DNA of 63,127 nucleotides, filler included, from Basidiobolus ranarum (GCA_040143965.1; 45 parts of 45 records of this genome joined end to end with filler, not necessarily neighbours in it); one strand, 5' to 3'. Numbered from the whole stretch's first letter, positions 11,288-25,261 are shown. Notes: generated by a model from the letters alone, not told the origin. Translations and numbers: made by a program.

Positions 11288-12596
11288 ATATTTCTTCAGT
11301 AATTAAACTACCTTCATGTCCAAATTGTTAAATAGGATCAAAGTTTAAATTGATTGCAAAAATGCTTGAAAACATCAGAATACCGTCTTATTTTACCAGA
11401 ACTCTCATCAATATCCACTCATATAAGATGTTTATTTAAATGCAAAGACTAGAAGTATTGGATTTGCATATATTCAATTGGAAACTTGAAAAGATTTCTG
11501 CCTGAGAAGTATTGGCAATCTTGGGAGTTGTTTGTCAATATTGTTAATATATTCTCACAGCATCAACTCACATTGGCTGATCTCAGGCAGATACAGTGAC
11601 TGTGCATAGATTTGTAATTGGATATGAAAAACTTTATTACAGGTTCAAAGAAGATAGACTTAATCTATGCATGTATTCAATACATTCACTGCTGCATCTT
11701 TTACAATGCTTAGAGATTATAGGCCCTTGCTATACATTCTGGGAGTTCACAATGGAGTACACCTATGTTGAAATGATGCTCTGAGGGAAATTGTCACTAT
11801 TAGCATATTCTAATCTGATTAATAATGTATCAGCAAAATCAGTGATGGATAATATACAATGGGTTTAGGTGACTCCAGAGTATATTAACCTTCCAACAAA
11901 GGACTCTTTTCAATGTGCTCATATGTTATTGCATTGTTTGAGCATGATAACATCAACAAAGCCCAATCTATGGACACAGAGTGAGTACCTCTATGATTTG
12001 GACTAATTTATTTGTGTAATAATATGACATTATTTCTTATTGTTCTAGTCTTGAGGTAATCAATTCAACCAATGAAACTTCAACTTGTGGCAGGACATTT
12101 GTTAACTGAAACTTGGGGATACTTGGGCTGAATTCTTTATGGAAATTTGCCAGAATCCATGAGCTTATTCTCATTGTGAATGGTAACAAAAGCTAGCTAT
12201 TTGCCAAGTGTCAGTGCTATTCAAAATATCAGATGTTTAGCCATTTTCTCTACTATTGGTTTGCTGGTAAAGCATATTGATGTTTTTAAGTTATATCTGA
12301 TAGGTTGAACATGTGCATATATAAAGACATAAAACAACAGGATTTTTGAATTTTTTGAGTCTCATTTTGGGTGGAATACAAACCCTAAAATGTCTAAATA
12401 GAGGCTTGCATAGTTATTCAAATCCCTACAACAGTAAGCCCAGAAATTTGCTATTTTAGTATTAATTGTTTGCACAAGTTGTTGGAAATTAAATAATGTG
12501 TGCAAAACATGAGGAGCAATATTTAACCATGTATGATTACTGTTAAAATACTGTTAAGAAGCCACCATCTGACCATCAAAATCCTTGTCAGAGTGC
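11288..12596 (+). mobile_element. Decayed CMC transposase 3' half with internal deletion
   Basis: SIHSLLHLLQCLEIIGPCYTFWEFTME motif; homology to 35700-36498 and 21290-22449. Confidence 0.88.
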
Positions 12597-12696
12597 NNNN
12601 NNNNNNNNNNNNNNNNNNNNNNNNNNNNNNNNNNNNNNNNTTAATTAATTAANNNNNNNNNNNNNNNNNNNNNNNNNNNNNNNNNNNNNNNNNNNN

Positions 12697-13240
12697 TACA
12701 GTAGTTTGTTGCTTAATTCCATGTTTGGAGCAAAAACTAGCAAAGTCTTTAGAGCGGAATTCTCCACTATTATCACTCCTTAGTACCCTTATTTTTTGTG
12801 CTGATTCTTTCTTTACTATTGCTTTGTAGTGCTTAAATGTAGCTAAGGCTTCAGATTTTAATTTGAGAAAGAATACCCAAGTATATCTGGTTTGGTCATC
12901 AATAATGGTCATAAAGTGCCTTTTCCCACCTAGTGAGATGCTTTTCATGGGCCCACATGGGTCAGAATGAATCAGCGCAAAATTCTGAGTGGATTTGATC
13001 TTGCCTGAGCTTGCAAATAGCTGTCTGTGATGTTTCCATATATGCAACCTTCATACAGATCCAATATAGTGATATTTCCAATTTCCAAGGCTGTAACAAG
13101 CTGATTTTGGATCATTTGGGTCTGTTTGTGTTCCCCAATGTGGCCTGATCTTCCATGCCACGTTTCACAGCTTATTTCACCAGTTTGTACCAAGTTTGCA
13201 TGCTCAGAATGAAATTTGTTGATTTCTAGCTTGTCAAAAT
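12697..13240 (-). pseudogene. Ty1/copia GAG-pre-integrase and integrase remnant
   Basis: WHGRSGH, IHSDPCGPM, IDDQTRYTWVFFLK, LRSDNSGEF. Confidence 0.92.
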
Positions 13241-13242
13241 AA

Positions 13243-13490
13243 TGATTAATTCTCAACACATTCATACTCAAAGATATCCATTGAAAGCTCTAGACTTGAG
13301 ACAATATGAATAAAGCTTTGATCATCTTTTGAATGTGCAACAATGACTAAAAGTACTTATTATACCACAAAAGTAAAATAAACTGTTGCTGAAATGGAAA
13401 ATAATATTATGCTGGATAGTGCCCAAATGTGCCAATTTGTGCTGCCTCACTTATTAGCTGGCCTGATTTGGCTCAATAAAATGGAACAAG
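13243..13490 (+). repeat. Second copy of the region downstream of the DDE_Tnp_4 transposase
   Basis: Direct homology to 7492-7740. Confidence 0.75.
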
Positions 13491-14105
13491 TCCTTTATTG
13501 ATCCTAAATACAGGATTCTTTTTTGGACAGGTTCTGGCTACATGTTGAGAAGCTCCACAATAAAGGCTTAGATTCTCTTGTTGGCATCAACACTTCTCCT
13601 CAGGGCTAAGCTTTCTGAATGGAGTTCCAACAATTTGCATTGGGTCATCTGCTTGAGCTGTATTTTGTGTTTGATTGAAGGGAGATCTGAAAGTAGATGA
13701 GGAAGGAGAGTAGAAAGGAGCAATATTTCTTTGTTGTTGTCTTTCAAACAACTGGTTGAACATTTAACTGCCTGATGGATAGCATCAATCAAGATCACTA
13801 GGTCAAGCTCCTTCTGTGGAAATATCAAGGAAAAATAAAAGTAACAGAGGCAAATCTGTATATACTGCTTCAAACCTACGCAACTGCTGAATATTCTTGT
13901 TAATACTTACATTATCCTCTCTTTACTATTTAGCACATCATGCAAAATCAATATGAATTACAGTTAAATATAGCATAAATTGCTTTAGTTAGATCACAAT
14001 TGCTTNNNNNNNNNNNNNNNNNNNNNNNNNNNNNNNNNNNNNNNNNNNNTTAATTAATTAANNNNNNNNNNNNNNNNNNNNNNNNNNNNNNNNNNNNNNN
14101 NNNNN

Positions 14106-15413
14106 TGACTCGTGTGACCATTCACAATGAGAATAAGCTCTTGAGCTTTGGAAAATTTCCATAAAGATTTTGGTCAATAAATCCCATATTTGCATTCAAC
14201 AAATGTCCTACCAAGTAGATGTGTCATTGCTTGAATAGATTACCCCATGGCTAAAACAAAAATACTGTGTATCTTGATCCATCTCAACTAAAAATATTCT
14301 CAGATTGTCACACACACAAATCAGTTCAAATTATAGAGACACACACTCTATGTCCATGGATTGGGCTTTGTTGCTGTTATTGAGCTCAAACAATGCAAAA
14401 ACCCACAAGCCCATTGTTAATATACTCTGGAGACTCCATAACCTATCTCATCACATCCATCACTGCTTTTGCTGATACATTGTTAATCAGATTAGCATAT
14501 GGTAATACTGACCATTTAACATGGAGCATCATTTCACCACAGGTGCACTCCATTGGGAACTTGCAGAATGTATAGCAAGGGCCTATAGTCTCTAAGCATT
14601 GTGAAAGATGCAGCAGGGAATGTATTGAATACTGGCATATATTCAGTCTATCTTCTTTAAATCTGAAATAATGTGTGTCATGTCCAATTACAAAATCTTT
14701 TACAGTTGCTGTATCTGCCTGAGACCTGCCAATGTAAGTTGATGCTATAAGAATTTTTTAACAATTTTGACAAATAACTGCCAATGTTGCCAATCCTTAT
14801 CAGGCAGAAATTTTTACATAATCCCATTTGAATATATACAAATCCAACACTTCCAGTCTTTGCATTTGAATAAATACCTAGATGAGTGGATATTGATGGA
14901 AGTCCAGGTAAAATATGATGGTATCATGATGTTTTCAAGCATTTTCCCAGTTGGTTTGAACTTTGATCCTATCTTAAATGGCTCATTCACCCTAACAAAA
15001 GGAAAATTGATTTGATCCGGATTGGATTCACCCTCCAAGATAGCAAAACTGTCAGAGAACCATCACAATATTGTTGGCTTGCATTCTGCAAGGGATTTTG
15101 ATGGTGTGGCGGTGGTTTCTTGACGGTATCTTAACGGTAATCATACATGTTAAAATATTGATCCTCAAATTTGGCATGCGTTATTCAATATCCAGCAATT
15201 TTTGCAAAAATATAATTTTTGAATGGCAAATTACTGGGTTTACTGCTGTAGGAATTTGAATTAATATGCATGCCTTTATTGAGATATTTTAGGCTTTGTA
15301 TTCCAGCCATAATGAGAATCAAAAAATACAAGAATCTCGTTGTGTTTAGTCTCTACATATGCACATATTTGACTGATTAGACATAACTCAACAACATCAA
15401 TATGCTTTACCAG
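14106..15413 (-). mobile_element. CMC transposase remnant interrupted at 14990 by the right end of another copy
   Basis: ggctcattca|CCCTAACAAAAG; both sides are homologous to other CMC contigs. Confidence 0.88.
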
Positions 15414-15724
15414 NNNNNNNNNNNNNNNNNNNNNNNNNNNNNNNNNNNNNNNNNNNNTTAATTAATTAANNNNNNNNNNNNNNNNNNNNNNNNNNNNNNN
15501 NNNNNNNNNNNNNAGATATGTTATCTTATCAGAGATCCGAATTGATCACTATAAATTGGGGTTACTCTAATGGGGTAGATTTAAAAAGATTTTCTTTTGG
15601 GATATGCTTGCATTCAATAAAGAGTTAATCTGTAAATTTATATCTTGGACCGAGCAAAATTCACATTTGATAGTATGTGACAGGCTCCACTCATTTCCTA
15701 ATGCGATGTTCAGTTGATGATTTT

Positions 15725-16780
15725 CTAAAACTGGTTAAAAGCCATTATACTTGGGGAAGGTGATGGTTCGGGCAATGATTTGGTTCCATCAGCTATGATC
15801 TTAACCAAGCGACATATAGATACTCTATGGTAAGCATATGTTCCAATCATATCTGGTCTCGTCAAGTATATTATCCCCGATTCACTATGTATAAATATAA
15901 TCACATTCAATTCAATCTTGGGTATTCCTATGAATGCTTTAATGATGATGAGGGGTTCTTCCCTTTTTTCAGTTTGGCTCTACTGTTGAGAATAGGCATC
16001 GCGCTTATTGTATATGGTTTCTTTTAATTCTGCGAAATCATCATCTGTATAGCCATATGTTCCTGATTGATACTCTGGCATGGATCGAAGAGAGACCTTG
16101 TCAAGGAAAGATGCATAATCCTCAACAATAGCATGAGTTTGGAAGGTATTACACCATTGAACAATATGAGGTGCAGGCGCTAATTCTATCGATGATAAAA
16201 AAGTATAGTTAGTTCACAGAATGTACGTCCAGTGTGAGGAGATATCATTACCTCCAACTCCGAATTTCCTAAACCAAATAAAAGGAAGTTTTAGCAATAG
16301 TATCATTTGTTTTAGCTTACAAATGTTGTTTACCATTTAGGATATGGCTTCATCGCGTTTCTTAGCGCAGACGGTACCGTATTCAGCAAAGGTGCAGGTG
16401 TTTTGACCGATAGTGATGGGAAATAAGCCACATCTTTAGATGGAAACAATGCGTTCCAATCCACCAATTCTTCACTAATCAATTCGGAGTATAGTTAACA
16501 TATACGTTGAAGTCAGTGTCAATTAAACAATAAAAACACTCACGAGGAGAGCAATTGAAGACCGCGATGCACTGAGATCTGTCCAAACAAGGAAGTGTTC
16601 TATTTGTCAATCGAGTAAAAGCTTAGCATGTATACAACTGTTATAATCCAAAGACCAAAATCAGTACATCTTGAATTTCTAATCCTGCTAAATTTATCTG
16701 CTTAGGCGAGGTGAGGGCCAGAGTGGATGAGAGTAGAGCAACATTCGAGGAGGATTCTGCTTGAAGTAGGCCAATTAAAT
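15725..16780 (-). CDS. Unidentified multi-exon host gene or pseudogene fragment
   Basis: Normal CpG content, several minus-strand GT..AG intron signatures, and an open stretch LAPAPHIVQWCNTFQTHAIVEDYASFLDKVSLR...; product not recognised. Confidence 0.35.
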
Positions 16781-16989
16781 CAGTTATTTGTTGGCTGGGT
16801 CCCTTCAAACTATATACACATNNNNNNNNNNNNNNNNNNNNNNNNNNNNNNNNNNNNNNNNNNNNTTAATTAATTAANNNNNNNNNNNNNNNNNNNNNNN
16901 NNNNNNNNNNNNNNNNNNNNNACTAAGAAGAGTCCTCATCTATATCTGTTTAGTTTGTCGTCAGTAATAACCAGTCACCTGACCTTATT

Positions 16990-18134
16990 CATATTGGGAA
17001 GATATGGGCCATTTGGAGGAACTTTACAAAAGTGGAGTTGTGAATAGTTTGTGAGATAATTATGCATTGTCCAGAAATAAAGCATTTATATATTTTGATG
17101 GAAAGATAGAAAAGTCACACTGGGGTTGTGTTCAGAACATCTGTGGGAGTAAAATGAGCTATCTTTGGGCAATATGGACAAGTTTTAAATTTCCAATATG
17201 GAATTGCCAACTCTCACGTTATTCACATATATATACAATGTATGTTCCAATTATCAGTTAAGTGTTATTTGACTAAGTAATGTTAGCTAACTTATATGTT
17301 ATATATGAAATAGTTAAGTGTATAAAGATAGAGATAACAAATATGATACAGACAATAAACTTCAACAGTCCCAGTCAACTAAATATTCATATATCTTAAT
17401 CCTAACTTAAATCTTAATTCTTCAAATTTAGGCTTGGGTAATGGTTTGGTAAGGATGTCAGCCATCATTTCCTCAGTTGGACAGTACTGCAGTTGGATGT
17501 GCATATTCTCAATAGCTTCCCTGACAAAATGATGTTGAATATCAATATGCTTACTTCTAGCATGAAATTTGGGATTTTTAGCTAAAGAAGTACAACTTTG
17601 GTTATCCTTGAAAATTATAGTGGGTGAACTTCAAATTATGCCCAAGTGTTTGAACAGTTTCCTTCACCACATAGCCTCCTTTGTTGTATCTGATGCTGCC
17701 ATGTAATCTACTTCAGTTGCTAAAAGTGCTACGGTGGGTTTTTTCTTGCTATTCCAAGATATGGCTTCTTCACTATAGAGAAAGGTATATCCAGTGATAG
17801 ATCTTCTGTCCTCAATATCACATCCCTAATATGCATCACTAAACCCAATTAGATCCTTATTCTCATAAGAATATGTGTATCTTAATCCCAGATCAATTGT
17901 CCCCTTCAAATCTCTGAAAATCTGCTTAACTGCTGCATAATGATCAGATCCTGTATTTTGCACATGTTGGCTGTCTACTCCCACTGAAACAGAAATATTT
18001 GGTTGGTATCCAGTCATAGCATAGATCAAACTATCTACCATAGATTGATAAGGGAGCTCAGGGCTTTTAAATGACATATTTTGAGCCATATTTGGCCAAT
18101 TTTCATCATTTTGGATGGGACTTTTGACTAGTTT
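16990..18134 (-). mobile_element. 3' end of Ty1/copia element: RT/RNase H, PPT-like tract, 3' LTR-A starting TGTTGAAG at 17367
   Basis: YQSMVDSLIYAMTG, LIGFSDA, SKHIDIQ motifs; AGTTGACTGGGAC lies immediately before the LTR on the minus strand. Confidence 0.88.
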
Positions 18135-18229
18135 TGTCACAATAAGGAACTGGACAAGGACTGGAAACAACAACAGGAAGCTAGAAGGCTGGAGAGTACT
18201 TGGGTGTAGACCACAAGACAAGACAAGAC
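18135..18229. repeat. LTR family C terminus (TGTCACAATAAGG...) inserted in copia RT
   Basis: Same terminus at 393 and, inverted, at 26938; overlaps 38002-38482. Confidence 0.82.
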
Positions 18230-19736
18230 NNNNNNNNNNNNNNNNNNNNNNNNNNNNNNNNNNNNNNNNNNNNTTAATTAATTAANNNNNNNNNNNNNNN
18301 NNNNNNNNNNNNNNNNNNNNNNNNNNNNNACAGAGGTCATAGATTACATGTCACTTCGGAACACACAAATATAATACAATTACATGAGACTCAATGTACA
18401 AGCAAACTTAGTATTACAATTTGAAACATCGCCAAACGCAGCTAGATATTGTTAGAGACATCTAATCAGTAGCCATGATCACTTGGCAACAGTGTGACGA
18501 TTTAATACGTGTTGAAGACATACGTGGGTAGATCAAGTGCAGTCGGAGAGGATAGGATCTCGCTCTCTAGCTTACGATTGCGCAAAGATGCCACTACGAA
18601 TAAAATCATGAGATATTGAGGTAAGATCAAAGTGAATTCAACTTGCTCTGGCAGCATATCCGAAGTAAGCGGACGATTAAACGCTGACAAGGCGCAAGCA
18701 GACGCGATCAGAGTCATAAGAGAAGCGTAAAGTCAGAAGCAATATGCGCCAAATATGCATACATAGAGGGGAACGGCAGGTTGTAAATCATTTCCTGAAA
18801 TCACAACTTGAAGTTACAAAATCAAATGGGATAGAAACCATACGATACAGATTCAACAGGGTCTAGACAGTTCAAAGCGACGAAGAAACTTTCCTAACGC
18901 AAATGAACATTAGCCACTAAATGGATAACTATGACGCTTAGCTGTAGCTGTGGATGGTCGTGAACGCCATTTCAAGGATCAAAAGAAAGCCTAAAGCTCC
19001 AGAAAATTATCAGTTGCCAAGGAATAATGGGAATACTTAGCTACCAGCATCAAGAAGATGGTCGAAAGGCGAATAAGTAAGCATCACTGCTGTGCTACGG
19101 ATTCAGTACGTTATCGCTTATATAGCTACAAGGCGTGCACCTGAGAGTCGAGTGATCATTTTGAGTCACACTTCAAACAACAGCTGTTACTGTAAGAGGT
19201 TCGCTCTGATACTAATGATGTTTGATAAATAAATAACTGAAAGCTATTGTAAATGGACGTGATCTAAGGGCCAGTGGCTAGAACACCTGTGTCGGAACCA
19301 AGTTCAATTGGGCACAGCGGCTCCAAAGAAGCTCTCTTAAGATGCCGCAGATATACAGTAGCTGATATACATTTATCTAGTCTGCACCAATATCCATCAA
19401 TGGGATGGGTTTTCAGAGCCTAGTACAATACTTCAGCCACAAGTGACCTATGCGTGACTGGTCCTGTGTTGGTTTTCAATTGGCCAAATGACCATGCAGG
19501 ATATATATTGTTCAGACGTTTCACAACCGAAACCTATATTGCTTCATTCCAATCAAATGAGGCACATTTGGGGTCGAATGAAGAATTCTGCATGGATGCA
19601 CCGTATCATTCGGATCAATGGGACACACATTCTCTGNNNNNNNNNNNNNNNNNNNNNNNNNNNNNNNNNNNNNNNNNNNNTTAATTAATTAANNNNNNNN
19701 NNNNNNNNNNNNNNNNNNNNNNNNNNNNNNNNNNNN

Positions 19737-19842
19737 GTGATATTTGACTAAGTAATGTTAAATAACTTATATGTGATATATGAAATAGTTAGGTGTATAA
19801 AGAATGAGGTAATAAATATGATGAAGACAACAAACTTCAACA
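19737..19842 (-). repeat. LTR-A terminus
   Basis: Ends ...AAACTTCAACA as in the other LTR-A copies. Confidence 0.8.
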
Positions 19843-20080
19843 AATATGTCACGAATATTATATGGGAATCAAGACCTGAAGAATGTATACTATTCACAAT
19901 CAAATGAGTTTTTGAATGCCACCATTAAACTTTTCTTTATGTATTTCATTCAAAAATCAAAGGCTAATATGTTTAAGCAAGAAGCATGCTGGGTAAGTAT
20001 AACCCTGAGTTTCATATTGGATATATACATTCTTGTTTGGTGGATAAAGCTGGGTCTGCCCACTTGAAGTCCATCCACAA

Positions 20081-21043
20081 CCCTAACAAAAATAAAATCA
20101 ATTTGATATGGATTGGATCCACCCTCCAGAATAGCAAAACTGTCAGAGAACCGTCACAATATCTTTGGCTTGCATTCTGCCAGGGATTTTGATGGTGTGA
20201 TGGCGGTTTCTTGACGGTATCTTAATGGTATTCATACATGTTAAAATATTGATCCTCAAATTTGGCATGCATTATTCAATATCCAGCAATTTTTGCAAAA
20301 ATATGATTTTCAAATGGCAAATTACTGGGTTTACTGCTGTAAGAATTTGAATTAATATGCATGCCTTTATTTAGATATTTTAGGCTTTCTATTCCAGCCA
20401 TAATGAGAATCAAAAAATACAAGAATCTTGTTATGTTTAGTCTCTACATATGCACATATTTGACTGATTCAACACAACTCAACAACAACTATATGCTTTA
20501 CCAGCAAGTTAACAGTGGAAAAATTGCTAAACATCTGAAATTTTGAATAGCACTGACACTTGGCAAATAGCTGACTCTTGTTACCATTCACAATGAGAAT
20601 AAGCTCTTGGATTTTGGCAAATTTCTGTAAAGAATTCAGCCAATATATCCCCAACTTGCAGTCAACAAATGTCCTGCCACAAGTAGATGTGTCATTGCTT
20701 GAATAGATTACCCCATGGCTAAAACAATAATACTGCATATCTCCATCTATCTCACCAAGAAGTCTGTCTTGCAGCTTTCCTAAAAATACCGTCAGATTAT
20801 CACACAAGCAAATTAGTCCAATTATAAAGGTACTTACTCTATGTTCATGGATTAGGCTTTGTTGCTGTTATTGTGCTCAAACAATGCGAAAACCTGTGAG
20901 CACATTAGAGGAGCCCTTTGCTGGCAGGTAAATATACTCTGGAGTCTCCTTAACCCATTCCATTACATCCCTCACTGATCTAGCTGACTCATTGTCAATC
21001 AGATTAGCATCTGGTAATACTGACATTTTTACACAGAGCATCA
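20081..21043 (-). mobile_element. CMC element right terminus and transposase C-terminal region
   Basis: Starts CCCTAACAAAAATAAAAT; ORF piece LQDRLLGEIDGDMQYYCFSHG. Confidence 0.9.
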
Positions 21044-21143
21044 NNNNNNNNNNNNNNNNNNNNNNNNNNNNNNNNNNNNNNNNNNNNTTAATTAATTAAN
21101 NNNNNNNNNNNNNNNNNNNNNNNNNNNNNNNNNNNNNNNNNNN

Positions 21144-22449
21144 CAAAATGTATAAATGCTTAATTTCTGGTCAATAAATAATTATCTCACAAAGCTATTC
21201 ACAACTCCACTTTTCTAAAGTTCCTCCAAACAGCCCATATTTTCCCAATAGATCCAGTCCAGATCAAATCAATTTTATTTTTGTTAGTGCACAGTGCTTA
21301 GAGATTATAGGCCCTTGCTATACATTCTGGGAGTTCCCAATGGAGCATACCTGCAGTGAAATGATGCTCCATGTGAAATTATCAGTATTACCATATGCTA
21401 ATCTGATTAACAATGTATCAGCAAAATCTGTGATTGATGTAATGCAATGGGTCAAGGAAACTCCAGATTATACTAACTTTCCAGCAAAGGGCTCTTTTCA
21501 ATGTGCTCATGGGTTTTTGCATTTTTTGAGCACAATAACAGCAACAAAGCCCAATTCATGGACAGAGAGTAAGTACCTCTATAATTTGGACTAATTTGTT
21601 AGTGTGATAATCTGATGGTATTTCTAGTAAAGCTGCAAGACAGACTTTTTGGTGAGATAGATCAACAGATGCAGTATTATTGTTTTAGCCATGGGGTAAT
21701 CAATTCAATCAATGGCTCATCTACTTGTGGCAGGACATTTTTTGACTGCAAGTTGGGGATATTTTGGCTGAATTCTTTATGAAAATTTGCCAAAATCCAA
21801 GAACTTATTCTCATTGTGAACAGTAACAAGAGTCAGCAATTTGCCAAGTGTCAGTGCAATTCAAAATTTCAGATGTTTAGCAATTTTTCCACCATTAGTT
21901 TGCTGGTAAAGCATATTGATGTTGTTGAATTATGTCTGATCTGTCAAATATGTACATATGTAGAGACTGTTAAAGTATTTGGGAGCCTGTTGGAAGTGGT
22001 TTTGGAGAATTAGAGGAATTGGTGGTTTTCACCTATTGATTTATTGAGTAGAAAGTTAACATTTATAGTTTTGTCAAGATGTAAGCAAACTAACATGTAG
22101 AATATATTAAGGAAGGTCCCAGGAGCATGTGTGCAAAGTTTGGGGCTTCTAGTGCAAGTTTGAAAAATCTATATATCTGAGAACTTCTAAGTTGGTGAAA
22201 ATATTCCAAGTAAATTCCGATTGCGAATAATTGATAATATCTTAGTGAATTATAAGATAACTGAGTACTAAGCTATATATGACTATGTAGGTGTTTAGGC
22301 AATGCTAATTTCAACAGAGACTAAACACAACAAGATTGTTGTATTTTTTGATCCTCATTATGGCTGGAATACAAAGCCCAAAATATCTCAATGAAGGCAT
22401 GCATATTAATTTGAATTCCTACAGCAGTAAACCCAGTAATTTGCCATTC
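21144..22449 (+). mobile_element. Nested mosaic: LTR-A piece, CMC right terminus (to 21289), CMC transposase 3' region with solo LTR-B
   Basis: IIGPCYTFWEFPMEH motif; junctions match other copies. Confidence 0.85.
21968..22316 (-). repeat. Solo LTR family B (349 bp) with 5-bp TSD GAGAC
   Basis: gagac|TGTTAAAG...TTTCAACA|gagac. The empty site atatgtagagactaaacaca is present (inverted) at 15341-15360. Confidence 0.93.
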
Positions 22450-22549
22450 NNNNNNNNNNNNNNNNNNNNNNNNNNNNNNNNNNNNNNNNNNNNTTAATTA
22501 ATTAANNNNNNNNNNNNNNNNNNNNNNNNNNNNNNNNNNNNNNNNNNNN

Positions 22550-23064
22550 AATAAATGAAAAATATCAGTCTTAGTTTTTATGGTTGATAGATAAGCTACC
22601 ACGGATAAATTGTAGCAATCTTTAACGGTATGAGATCCTAACATAGCAACTCCGGTATCCCTGACTGCCATTAAATCGGAATAATCGCCGAAAGGAGAAG
22701 CACCAAGAGACTCGCTGCTTTCAGCCGCAACATGAATAACAGCGGGAGTTTGTTCGGAAGAAAGCTGATAGAGGAAGGGAATCAATCTGAGAAGATTGCT
22801 CGAAGAGGTATACAAAGAAACTCTAGAATATTTCGTGCTCAAATTACGATAGGCGGCAGCAATATCTGAGTTAGATGGAATAACTACGACTTCGGGGACA
22901 ATACCAGCTACGTTAACCGCTTGTTTTTGAATTAAATCTTCGATACCAGCAAAGAAGCTCGATTTTTCCTTTGTATTTTGAACGATTAAGATGGCTTCAC
23001 TATAAGCATATGCAACGCGAGAGGCAGCAGATTCGCCACTGAATACATTTTCAAGGCTAGGCAT
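22550..23064 (-). CDS. N-terminal fragment of a probable sulfite reductase (NADPH) subunit with a pyruvate:flavodoxin oxidoreductase-like N-domain
   Basis: ASRVAYAYSE, YTSSSNLLRLIPFLYQL, PAVIHVAA, GDYSDLMAVRDTG, DIFH motifs. Normal CpG. Truncated by the contig end; alpha versus beta subunit not resolved. Confidence 0.7.
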
Positions 23065-23955
23065 TTTTGCTAGTTAAATTGGACCGATGTGTATGACGAT
23101 GAGAATTTGTGTAAGTTAATGCAAGTGTGTTAGGAATGTAGTAATATACAGATGCTAAATATAATAATGCGCTTTGAGAGCCAAAGAGTTAATCAATGAA
23201 AGGCTCACACTGATCTGTACTGAATAAGTTGAGGATGCGAGATGTATCTTTATATCAATCCACCCTCCTCTATTATTCCTAATCCAGTATGGAGTAGGTC
23301 TTCGAAATATAATCACGCCATTAATCGCTAGCATGGCAGAATGATGAAGTGCCCCCACTTAATTTTGAAAGAATAAATAGATCTTACATTTGCATAATAA
23401 ATTAGAATTAACTCTGTTACAGCCTTATACGAGGTTAATTTTAGTATAACTTGGATCTTATCTTCCATGCTAAAGCAGCTTTGAAACCCCGCAGTATTTT
23501 AATTTTGTGTCCTCCTTAGTATGGGCGATATTGTATGAATGAAACATGGAGAATGGAGCAAATAACCGATCATGTTGCTCTCTTTCGTGAGTATCATTGG
23601 ACAGGGAGCCTCCAGATCAATCTGAAGTAACATTACAGTTGACTCAACATCACGCAAGCACACACCATCTCCCAACATGATTGCACCATCGCTACTGGCT
23701 TATTTGGAGTTCGCTCAATTTCAAATCCAAAGGGTTTTGAGTTCAAATCACCATATATAGCTATTTCTGTGGATAGTTTTTCCATGACTGCCATATTAGG
23801 CTCCCTTCGAGCCTGGTTGCCGTAATTCGAAATAAAATGCTTATTAACCTTCAAANNNNNNNNNNNNNNNNNNNNNNNNNNNNNNNNNNNNNNNNNNNNT
23901 TAATTAATTAANNNNNNNNNNNNNNNNNNNNNNNNNNNNNNNNNNNNNNNNNNNN

Positions 23956-25261
23956 CTACAAAGCTTGATCTAGAGTCTATGGCTTGTCACAGAATGCTGC
24001 ATAAGCATATACATCATCATTGGAAGTATTCCTCCAGTTTCCTGGCTCATTTTGCCTTCTGGATGATCTTCTGGGTCCTGAATCATCCCTTGATGTAATT
24101 GGGACTGAAAATTTGGTTTAATAGGGCACAGATACAGCTCAAATTTTGTCAGACACCTCCTGTATAGTGCTGATTGTGTTTCTGGATCAAGAACTGTGAT
24201 TTGAGGTGAAAAATTTGCTTTTTCATAAAAAATCACATCTCTGCACTTAATTAACTTCTGATTTTTGGTATCAAACAGTCTGTAGGCCTTAGATCCATCA
24301 CAGTACCCAAGATATATACATTTTCTGCTTTTGGGTTCCAATTTTGAGCGTTTTTGAGCTGGAATTAGGCAATATGCTTTACAACTAAAGATCCTGAGAT
24401 GATCCACACTTGGTTTTGATCCATATAGGGCTTCAAATGGAGTAGAATTTTGTAGCAATCTAGTTGGGCATCTGTTTTTGATACAGACTGCAGTGGAGAC
24501 GGATTCAGCCCAATATTGGTAATCTAACTTTTGATCATGTAACATTGTTCTAGCCATCTCCACTATGGTCTTATTAGCATGTTCTGCAACTCCATTTTGC
24601 TGTGGAGTATAAGGAACAGTAGTTTGTTGCTTAATTCCATATTTAGAGCAAAAACTAGAAAAGTCTTTAGAGCAGTATTCTGCACTGTTATCACTCCTTG
24701 ATAGCCTTATTTTTTGTGCTGATTCTTTCTCTACCATTGCTTTGTAGTGCTTGAATGTAGCTAAGGCTTCAGATTTTAATTTGAAAAAGAATACCCAAGT
24801 AGATCTTGTTCTGTCATCAGTAAAGGTCATAATGTACCTTTTCCCACCCAGTGAGACATTTTTCATGGGCCCACATAAGTCAGAATGAATGGGGGAAAAA
24901 TTCTGAGTGGATTTGACCTTGCCAGAGCTTGAAAACAGCTATATGTGAAGTTTTCCATATATGAAACCTTCACACAAATCCAATTTAGTTTCATTTCTAA
25001 TTTCCAAGCCTGAAAAAAGCTGATTTTGGGTCCTTTGGGTCGGTTTTTGTTCCCCAATTTGGCCTAAGCTTCTATGCCATGTTTGACAACTTATTTCACC
25101 AGTTTTAGCCTAGTTTGCATGCTCAGAATGCAATTTGTTGATTTCTAACTTGTGTAAGTTTTGAGTTTTGACCCCAGTAGCTAATTTTTGGTATTATTCT
25201 GATCTGTGATAGTGCATCCAGCCTTACTGAACATGAAATTTATTCCTTGAGTTGCTGCTTG
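23956..25261 (-). pseudogene. Ty1/copia integrase region (long residual ORF 23970-24866)
   Basis: TFTDDRTRSTWVFF, SDNSAEY, PYTPQQNGVAE, KRSKLEPKSRKCIYLGY, YRLFD. Confidence 0.94.
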
